Origin: Tetramitus jugosus
Lineage: Eukaryota; Protista; Heterolobosea
Length of the DNA: 64,000 bases
Reading direction: 5' to 3'
NCBI GenBank assembly: GCA_937625935.1
Contig: OW569381.1
Span: forward strand, 387,270 to 451,269
Part shown: piece by piece, positions 56,082 through 64,000 of the stretch
Position numbering within the stretch: position 1 is the first letter of the stretch
How the letters are laid out: the number at the start of each line of letters is the position of its first letter
Program-made: the position numbers and the translations under genes
Notes under the pieces: generated by a model
The model's database searches: none
What the model saw: the letters and a program-made list of their open reading frames with translations, nothing else
Told to the model about the DNA's origin: nothing

Positions 56082-59000
56082 ATGAAAACACAAGAGGGCG
56101 CCATCACGTTGTTCATCAACGACCAACAGCACGTCGTTCACAAACCTGACCCAAATCAATCGTTGGTTGATTACATCACAACAACAGTTCAACTGCAGGG
56201 CACAAAAAAGTCATGTGAAGAAGGTAGTTGTGGTAGTTGCACAATTGTGATGAAGAGAGAAAATGAGTTTATCAGTATGAATTCTTGTTTGAGAAGAGTG
56301 GTTCAATGTGACAATCAACAGTTTTATACAATCGAGTATTTTAGTAGTGGATGTGGATCTGCATTCAAACAGAATCCATTCATGAAGCATATTCATAATG
56401 AGGATTTACCTAAAATTATTGCAGAGAATAATGGGTCACAGTGTGGTATGTGCACGCCTGGATTCGTGAACAGTTTGGCTGCTTTTGCATTGAACCATCC
56501 AAAGGAGGAGAGAAATTTGGTCGATATTGAAAATTTGTTTGATGGAAATGCATGTCGATGTACTGGTTACAGACCGATATTGTATGGAAGTAAGACTATT
56601 GCAAGTTGTGACAACAAGACAGAGACTGAAAATACACCACGTTTCAGAATGGAGAGTTGCAGTGATAGTTATGCAAAGATTACTGCCACTAAACAAACAG
56701 AAGTTAAGATTTGGAGTCATCCAAAGTGCGAACCAAAGCATGAGCATGTAGTGAAACACATTCTAGATGAAACTAATACTTATAATTTTATCTCTGGCCT
56801 CACAAGCATCGAAGCACTCCATACCTATATCCACCAGATTGTTCCAAGTGAACAATTGAATATGAATAGTGTAAAGTTTGTTGGTGCCAACACCAGTGAG
56901 GGTATCTATAAGAGACTTGTGTATGATCCAAAATACATGTTCGACATTTCTGCTATCGGTTCTTTGAAGAACGTTGAGGTGAATGATAGTAAGTTGACTA
57001 TTGGAGCAGGCTGCAGTGTGAGTGAGCTCAACAAAGCGCTTCTGAACCATACAGGAAAAGAGCACTCATTGTATAATTCTGTTAAGTTTTTGGATCGAAT
57101 TGCAAGTACTCAACTGAGGAATATTGCTACAATTGGAGGTAATCTAGCCATGACAAAGATTTTTGGATTTGCATCAGATTTAGCTATTGCACTTGTTGGA
57201 ATGAATGCTTCAGTAGAAATAGTAACATTACAAGGAAGTGTAGAAACTAGAAAGTTAACACTTTCAGACTTGTATAATGGTGCAGTACTGGGCTCAAATC
57301 TGTTCCTGATTACAAAAGTCTCAATACCTTTGAAATTATCGAATACTACACTCTTAAGATGCTACAAAACAGCTAAACGTCTTGAATTTTCACATGCGAT
57401 AGCTAATGGTTCGATCAGATTTGAAATGGATCAAGATTCGAGACAGATCATTGATGTTTCAATTGCATACATCTTCCATGATGAATCAGAGAAACCAATC
57501 CCATTCAGACTCATGTCAACCAGTAGTGATACAATCAAGAGGCTTGGTTCTTGCTTGTTTTCCGATGACAAGAGCACTATTATTGGTACTCTGCACACCA
57601 TTACTGCTCAACTTTCACGAGAGTTACATGAGTTGCAACTAACATGTTCACAGATGACTGCAGCGTTGAATTTCTTCTTCAAGTATATTCTTGAATTTTT
57701 GTACACTCACCACAAAGAAAACCAGATCGAAGCAGCAGAATTTGAAGATTTCTTTCAACGAAGAAGGAACGAAGTCCAGAAAGGTATTCAGTCAATTAGT
57801 CAAGTGAATACGTTTGTTGCTGCTCAGCCCATTATTAAGCGTGATGCTCATTTACAGGCTCAAGGATTGGCTACTTATTCATATAACAGTATTCCTGTTG
57901 ATCAGAACTATCATACCCTACATGGAGGGTTCATTTTGAGTGAAAAAGCATTCTACCAGTTTGAGATTGACGCGCAACAACTTCAACGAGACTTTAAGGA
58001 TTCTGTATTCATCAATGCAAACACTCTCGATCAATGCTTACTAAAAAATGACTTTGAAACGGCGTATGATAATTCAAAGACTGTACGCTTACCAGGTGTT
58101 TCTTCCAAGCATGCTGGAAAGGTCGTTCCAATTTATGGAAATACAATATTTGCACAAGACTTTACCCTACATAGTGGACAGTCATTAGCTTTAGTTCTTT
58201 GTGCATCGGATAGTCGATTGAAGGAAGTTCTATTAAGCATTTACCAAAACCATTCAAAGTACATCATTTATTCAGGTGTCCCATGTGACCTTTGCGATCA
58301 GAATGGCGAAAAAATACTCGATGTTCAATTACCTATTTTCGAAATTGAAGAGAATGAGAGTTTGAGAGTTAAAGCTCCTGGAGTGATTGATCATCTGGTT
58401 CGAAATATTGACTATAATAATCCAGTAGTTCATTGGGACCAATACACAATGCATGAGAACGAAAATGGAACAGAGGAGTCCAAAACAATTTTTGTCGAAG
58501 GAAAAGCAGATACCAGCCCCCAAGCACATGTTTATTTAGAAACTCAAAATGCAGTCGCAAGACCAACAGATACAGGAGGAATCCATATTGTTTCTTCAAC
58601 ACAAATGCCAATGGAATTGCAAAGTTGGATTGGTAATCTATTGAGCATTCCATGCAACGAAGTTATTGTTGAAATTGGAAGACTTGGTGGTGCATTTGGA
58701 GGAAAAGCTACACATTCAGCATATACAGCATTAGCAGCATCTGCAGCAGCTCGAATCACGAACAGACAAGTTCGTATTATGCTAGATCGAAGAACAGATT
58801 CCAAAATGATTGGAAAGAGACATCCTGTTTTTGGAAAGTACAAGATTGCTGCAGATAGCAAGACTGGTATTATTAAGTGTGCTGAGTTTGATCTAAAATT
58901 TGACGCTGGATGTACAGGTGAAACAAGTGCATCTGTTGCATTTATTGGTGCATTCCATACCATGTCTCCATACTATGTTGATCATTTCCTTGTTCGTACA

Positions 59001-60542
59001 TCTTGCTGGATGACAAATACTGTTACCAACACGGCTTTCCGTACATTTGGAAGTGTTCAATCAAACTTTGTCAGTGAAATGGCAATGGAGCATCTATGCG
59101 AAGAGTTAGTGCCAAGACATATTGCTGTTGGCTCTCAAGAATACATGGAACAACTCTATTACAACAAGTTTGCGATCAGACAAACAAACTTTTATCAAGA
59201 GAATCAGAAACGTCCATATGGTGAGATTGTTACCGAGTTTAACTTAAGCAAAATGTGGAATGAGTTGCATGGAATTTATTCAGATTGGAGTAAACAAGTA
59301 GTTGCGTTCAATAGTAAGAATACATTCAAGAAACAGGGTATTGCAATTATGCCACAAGCCAACTCGATCACTTACAATCTATTTTCGTGGGCAAAAGCTG
59401 AAGCAACAGTTTGTGTTTTCAATGCTGATGGCTCCGTTTTAATTCGAACTGGTGTAATTGAAATGGGTCAAGGTGCCTATACTAAAATTATCCAGGCAGC
59501 TGCTCAAACACTTGGTATTCCTTCAGATATGATCAAAATTGGAAAATATATTGCCAGTCTCGCCAATCCAACACAAACCGGAGGATCCAGTGGTGTGGAA
59601 GTACATGGCCGAGCAATGGTACAAGCATGTGATATGTTACGTTCTTCTCTTTCAAAGAAGATTGATGAGTGGATCAATCAAAGTAACAATAATTCAAGTT
59701 TCTGTCCTTCCGCTTTCAATGCTCATAGACATCTGTTTGACAAGCTGAAGCATATTTGTTATGGTAAAGAGAGCAAAGATTTCAGTAGATTGTGGATTAA
59801 TGCCAAGAACATAAGTGATGAAGAGCTTGTTCAAATCTGGAAGATTATAATTAATCAAGCATATGACGAGAGATCACAATTGATGTTTACAGGACATGCT
59901 ATCACTGGTGATAACTTAGTAGATATTGATCTCCTAACAGGTAAAGGAACTCCAAGTTATCATCGTATTCACTCTGCATGTATCAGTGTAGTTGAGTTAG
60001 ATATGCTAACAGGAGAAATGGATTTCAGAAAAGCTAAAATATTGTATGATATTGGATGCTCATTGAATGCAGCAATTGATGTGGGACAGATTGAAGGAGG
60101 GTTTATTCAAGGTGTTGGAATGATGACAACAGAAGAAGTTGAATATGACAAACATAATGGTGAGGTTTCAAATGATGGCTTCTGGGAATACAAGATACCA
60201 TCAGCAAAGATGATTCCTCAAGAGTTTATTATTGAAATGTGGCCGAAGGGTCATGTTGTCACTGAGGCTCTATCTGATCCTAGTGTGGAAACTATGTCAC
60301 CTAACACTCCATTACTCTCATCCAAAGCTGTTGGAGAGCCGCCATTGATTTTGAGTTCAAGTGCATTCATGGCTATTAGAGATGCTGTCAGAAATTTTAG
60401 ACAACAGTTTGATTCCAGCATTACCACCATTGATTTCCATAAGGCTCCTGCGTCTTCTGTCAGAATCTTAGAGAGAGCTTTAGATGCAAGCAGTGTTGAC
60501 TGGAGTCAGGCAATGATGAATTATTTAGAAAATCACCTGTAA
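56082..60542 (+). CDS. Molybdo-flavoenzyme of the xanthine oxidoreductase family, aldehyde-oxidase-like
   Basis: 2Fe-2S motifs CEEGSCGSCT and QCGMCTPG...CRCTGY, FAD domain RNIATIGGN, Moco motifs GGAFGGK, TAFR and EMGQG, and catalytic SKAVGEPP. Confidence 0.92.
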   Translation: MKTQEGAITLFINDQQHVVHKPDPNQSLVDYITTTVQLQGTKKSCEEGSCGSCTIVMKRENEFISMNSCLRRVVQCDNQQFYTIEYFSSGCGSAFKQNPFMKHIHNEDLPKIIAENNGSQCGMCTPGFVNSLAAFALNHPKEERNLVDIENLFDGNACRCTGYRPILYGSKTIASCDNKTETENTPRFRMESCSDSYAKITATKQTEVKIWSHPKCEPKHEHVVKHILDETNTYNFISGLTSIEALHTYIHQIVPSEQLNMNSVKFVGANTSEGIYKRLVYDPKYMFDISAIGSLKNVEVNDSKLTIGAGCSVSELNKALLNHTGKEHSLYNSVKFLDRIASTQLRNIATIGGNLAMTKIFGFASDLAIALVGMNASVEIVTLQGSVETRKLTLSDLYNGAVLGSNLFLITKVSIPLKLSNTTLLRCYKTAKRLEFSHAIANGSIRFEMDQDSRQIIDVSIAYIFHDESEKPIPFRLMSTSSDTIKRLGSCLFSDDKSTIIGTLHTITAQLSRELHELQLTCSQMTAALNFFFKYILEFLYTHHKENQIEAAEFEDFFQRRRNEVQKGIQSISQVNTFVAAQPIIKRDAHLQAQGLATYSYNSIPVDQNYHTLHGGFILSEKAFYQFEIDAQQLQRDFKDSVFINANTLDQCLLKNDFETAYDNSKTVRLPGVSSKHAGKVVPIYGNTIFAQDFTLHSGQSLALVLCASDSRLKEVLLSIYQNHSKYIIYSGVPCDLCDQNGEKILDVQLPIFEIEENESLRVKAPGVIDHLVRNIDYNNPVVHWDQYTMHENENGTEESKTIFVEGKADTSPQAHVYLETQNAVARPTDTGGIHIVSSTQMPMELQSWIGNLLSIPCNEVIVEIGRLGGAFGGKATHSAYTALAASAAARITNRQVRIMLDRRTDSKMIGKRHPVFGKYKIAADSKTGIIKCAEFDLKFDAGCTGETSASVAFIGAFHTMSPYYVDHFLVRTSCWMTNTVTNTAFRTFGSVQSNFVSEMAMEHLCEELVPRHIAVGSQEYMEQLYYNKFAIRQTNFYQENQKRPYGEIVTEFNLSKMWNELHGIYSDWSKQVVAFNSKNTFKKQGIAIMPQANSITYNLFSWAKAEATVCVFNADGSVLIRTGVIEMGQGAYTKIIQAAAQTLGIPSDMIKIGKYIASLANPTQTGGSSGVEVHGRAMVQACDMLRSSLSKKIDEWINQSNNNSSFCPSAFNAHRHLFDKLKHICYGKESKDFSRLWINAKNISDEELVQIWKIIINQAYDERSQLMFTGHAITGDNLVDIDLLTGKGTPSYHRIHSACISVVELDMLTGEMDFRKAKILYDIGCSLNAAIDVGQIEGGFIQGVGMMTTEEVEYDKHNGEVSNDGFWEYKIPSAKMIPQEFIIEMWPKGHVVTEALSDPSVETMSPNTPLLSSKAVGEPPLILSSSAFMAIRDAVRNFRQQFDSSITTIDFHKAPASSVRILERALDASSVDWSQAMMNYLENHL

Positions 60543-61202
60543 CTCAATCCTCGACCAGTTTACAGACACCATGAATCCCAGCGCGGGATTATTCGTAATG
60601 ACATAGTACTAAACAACACAGCAACGACAGTTACAACTCAATGTTTGTTATGAATCCTTGCTCTTCGAGGTTGAACCGAATTTTTTGTCAGTCTTCAAGA
60701 GAATTGATTTCTCTTGCTTTGTTAAAACCTGATATTGCTTTCTTGTACTCTTTTTGCTAACATTTTGGATCATTGACTTCCTTGCCATACATGCGAGGAA
60801 TACTGTTGGCTCCAAATCGAAGAGCAAGTTGTTCGAGTCACCAATGACACACTGAACAATCGTAGATGGAATACTTCATTTCATCATTCCTCACATACCT
60901 GATTGCATAAGGATGAACTTCTGTGACTTCTTTTGGCCGACTGTGTTGTTCCCATCAAGAAACTAACTTCACACCCATAATTGTTACTTCGCTACGGGTG
61001 CAGATTTTGTTGTTGAAGGAGAATCTTGGACCTGATTTGGCAAAAACTGACCGAAATATTACGTCTTGAGAATTCCTCGAATAAGAAAGAATGCTCACGC
61101 TCGCAGATTCACCTCCGTGGTTTCTTTTAGCTGACTTCGGGTGCAGAAATCCACCCACTCCATGATGTTGTTTGTTCTCCAAGATACCAGAAAACCAACA
61201 TC

Positions 61203-62056
61203 ATGAGTAAAGCTTTTTTCCTTCAATTAACTCTAGTAGTGACTCTGATAACTTTGACTGTGGTTTCAGTAAAGTTGTCACTTCAACCACAGCACCAAGA
61301 GGGATTTACGGAACAACTAAAGGACCGTGTTCACCAACTAGAACATGAACTGAAAGAACTGCGACACACATCAGATACCTTAATTCCCTTAAATGAGATT
61401 AGAGAAGGAAATATGGCTATGGTATTAGTGTATGTAAATCCTAAGAATACTACAGTTCTAGGATCTACGCTGGACGAAGCATTGCCACAGAGATCCAGAT
61501 ATAGAAAATGGCTAGATGAGAAAGTACAGTATTGTGGCGTGCTGCAGAACAGGTGTACAGTGTTTATTGAATTGACACTAGATCCATTGATATCCTATCC
61601 TTATGGATGGACTAGTCCTGGTTTGAATAGAAATTATCTCCAGAATGCTGTTTTTTATCAGAAGCAGAAAGCTGTCCAAAAAGTGTTCAAATTTTATGGA
61701 GATACGTTCTCGTGGGTGTTCTTCACTGATCTCGACACTAGAATAGTTAATCCCAGATCAATATGCACCACTTTACACAGAGTACCAATGCTAGTGTACT
61801 TATTGTGGATAGAGAAGCTCTAGTACCTAATGCTGGATGTTTCATGATCAAAAATGATGTGATTGGTAGAACCTTTATTGATCAGTGGGTAGATTTAGAG
61901 ATTTATCCCTTCTTCCAAGAAGATAATGGTGCATTGGGCTTTCTTCTATCTACACATGAAATGAAGTATGGAAATACAACAACAACAATGACTGGGTGTG
62001 GTTTGGGTTGGGGTTGGGTTTGGGGTACGCAGTATTTAAATAACCTGCTTTTTTAG
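61203..62056 (+). pseudogene. GT34 (GMA12/MNN10-like) glycosyltransferase, frameshifted near 61760 and 3'-truncated
   Basis: TM plus coiled stem, WVFFTDLDT (DxD), then in another frame PNAGCFMIKN and EDNGAL. It runs into GGGTTT-like repeats at about 61993. Confidence 0.7.
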
Positions 62057-62266
62057 ACGTTTCCTTTTTAGGCAGGTTGTTTTTTGAGATTTTTTTATTG
62101 CTCTAAAAGCTTCAACTGATTGAGTTGAAGAGTTTGGCGTGATTTTCAACTCAATGGGTTGGGTTTGGGTTTGGGTCTGTCTTGTTGTTAAGGAAAACCC
62201 GAGAATTTAGCTGCATTTGGTATCAGAGCGTTGAAATTTACAGGGTTTGGGTTTGGGTTTGGGTTG
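61993..62266 (+). repeat. Three interstitial degenerate telomeric tracts (about 61993-62026, 62155-62176, 62242-62266)
   Basis: GGTTTGGGTTGGGGTTGGGTTTGGGG and GGGTTTGGGTTTGGG tracts in the same orientation as the telomere. Confidence 0.85.
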
Positions 62267-62486
62267 TCACATATCGGCTAGCCAAGACTGGCTGAATACA
62301 GTCAACTGTACGTTGTAAAGGTTGTTTTTGTATTCTCCGTGGTTTGAAATGTTCAACTTAAGCTTTGTATGGAAAAACTCACTATAGATTCTGAACTATC
62401 CCCCAAACTGTGATATGGAGTTGGGTTTTGAACTCGGAAAACCCAAATCTCTATGAGCTATTGACTGATGAGTCGCGAAAAAATAG

Positions 62487-62805
62487 GCGGAACCAGCCAT
62501 TTCGGCCTAGAAAAGCTTTTTTACAGAGGAACTATCTGGTTCGGCCTAAAAGTTGGACTCACAAGCGGAACCAGCTGGTTCCGCCTAAAAGAGCTTTTTT
62601 TCAGAGGAACTATCTGGTTCCGCCTAAATTTTCGACTTTACAGAGGAACCAGCTGGTTCCGCCTAAAACTTGACTTTGTCAGTGGAACTCTCTGGTTCCG
62701 CCTGTAATATGACTTTTTCAGTGGAACCAGCTGGTTCCACCTAAATGCACACATGTCTAAGAGGAACCAGATAGTTCCGCATAAAAAGATTTCTACAGAG
62801 GAACT
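62487..62805. repeat. Subtelomeric 39-bp tandem array with palindromic core GGAACCAGCTGGTTCC (8 units plus a partial one)
   Basis: GGAAC starts at 62489, 62528, 62567, 62606, 62645, 62684, 62723, 62763 and 62800. Confidence 0.9.
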
Positions 62806-63282
62806 TGGAACTGAGATCAGAAAGGTTCGAACATCTGAAGGAAGATACATTGTGACAGAGACGGTTGAACTGCAAGATTGAAGTCCTTCATAAATTGTTT
62901 GTAATGCTTAGTCGGTGAATACAATAGCCTGATGAATGCATTCTCGACTGGGAATGACATTGTCCAGTAACCGAAACGTGGGAAAGGAAAAGACTAAGGA
63001 CACGGCAGGAAATATTTTGTAACAAAGAATGATGAAGGAACTTAAACTCCTTTGATGAAGGTTCAACATGGATGAAGGAGTGTTGTTAGGATTACAATGA
63101 GAGTTTTGACATCGAGTGCAGAGATGCATGGAGCGAAAGATTGAGTGAGATGAAGTTGTAACACGTGTTAGGAAGAAGTATCAAGGAAGTGAGAACAAGA
63201 TTACAATGGTGGACATTGTATTCCTGCATAAAAATTGATTTTCAGATGATTTTGTGATTTTGATGAGAAAATAGATTTTGAC

Positions 63283-64000
63283 TTGGGTTTGGGTTTGGGT
63301 TTGGGTTTGGGTTTGGGTTTGGGTTTGGGTTTGGGTTTGGGTTTGGGTTTGGGTTTGGGTTTGGGTTTGGGTTTGGGTTTGGGTTTGGGTTTGGGTTTGG
63401 GTTTGGGTTTGGGTTTGGGTTTGGGTTTGGGTTTGGGTTTGGGTTTGGGTTTGGGTTTGGGTTTGGGTTTGGGTTTGGGTTTGGGTTTGGGTTTGGGTTT
63501 GGGTTTGGGTTTGGGTTTGGGTTTGGGTTTGGGTTTGGGTTTGGGTTTGGGTTTGGGTTTGGGTTTGGGTTTGGGTTTGGGTTTGGGTTTGGGTTTGGGT
63601 TTGGGTTTGGGTTTGGGTTTGGGTTTGGGTTTGGGTTTGGGTTTGGGTTTGGGTTTGGGTTTGGGTTTGGGTTTGGGTTTGGGTTTGGGTTTGGGTTTGG
63701 GTTTGGGTTTGGGTTTGGGTTTGGGTTTGGGTTTGGGTTTGGGTTTGGGTTTGGGTTTGGGTTTGGGTTTGGGTTTGGGTTTGGGTTTGGGTTTGGGTTT
63801 GGGTTTGGGTTTGGGTTTGGGTTTGGGTTTGGGTTTGGGTTTGGGTTTGGGTTTGGGTTTGGGTTTGGGTTTGGGTTTGGGTTTGGGTTTGGGTTTGGGT
63901 TTGGGTTTGGGTTTGGGTTTGGGTTTGGGTTTGGGTTTGGGTTTGGGTTTGGGTTTGGGTTTGGGTTTGGGTTTGGGTTTGGGTTTGGGTTTGGGTTTGG
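63283..64000 (+). repeat. Telomere, (TTTGGG)n
   Basis: Uninterrupted hexamer array to the end of the window, with the G-rich strand running 5'->3' toward the end. Confidence 0.97.

Noticed and set aside
62298-62311. TA-CAGT..ACTG-TA dyad resembling Tc1/mariner ends or an excision footprint
   Set aside because: Only 14 bp with no other supporting copy; likely chance.
62487-62805. CRISPR array (palindromic repeats with spacers)
   Set aside because: The spacers are only about 15-20 nt and mostly related to each other (CTTT..CA), there are no cas genes, and the context is a eukaryotic subtelomere. It is a satellite.
62410-63129. Short ORFs across the 39-bp array and the telomere-proximal DNA
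   Set aside because: Open frames arise because 39 is a multiple of 3. There is no good start context or protein signature.

Overview
This is a 64 kb chromosome end from a gene-dense eukaryotic microbe. It uses the standard genetic code, has short GT-AG introns with CTAAC/TACTAAC branch points, and ends in about 720 bp of (TTTGGG)n telomere; a heterolobosean-like protist is my inference, not a proven assignment. Positions 1-47 kb are mostly housekeeping genes (YME1, alpha-SNAP, SMYD, SmD1, cytochrome c1, PIAS/SIZ, MYB, SAMDC, UNC119, ESD, PRMT5, Ub-RPS27A, PP4R1), interrupted by two variable islands. After a tRNA-Thr gene at 47.2 kb comes a subtelomeric compartment of secreted and glycosylation genes, many of them frameshifted. 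Main points of interest: (1) an intact Fanzor1-type RNA-guided nuclease gene (3690-5603) with a predicted pseudoknotted omegaRNA just after its stop codon, plus an unannotated decayed second copy at 49.5-50.1 kb that helps define the element's 3' end; (2) a spliced 30-codon uORF upstream of SAMDC, missing from the ORF track, that resembles the plant polyamine-responsive SAMDC uORF peptide; (3) a 39-bp-period palindromic subtelomeric array; (4) a decaying GT43/GT14/nucleotide-sugar transporter/GT34 group, whose last gene is cut off by telomere-like repeats.
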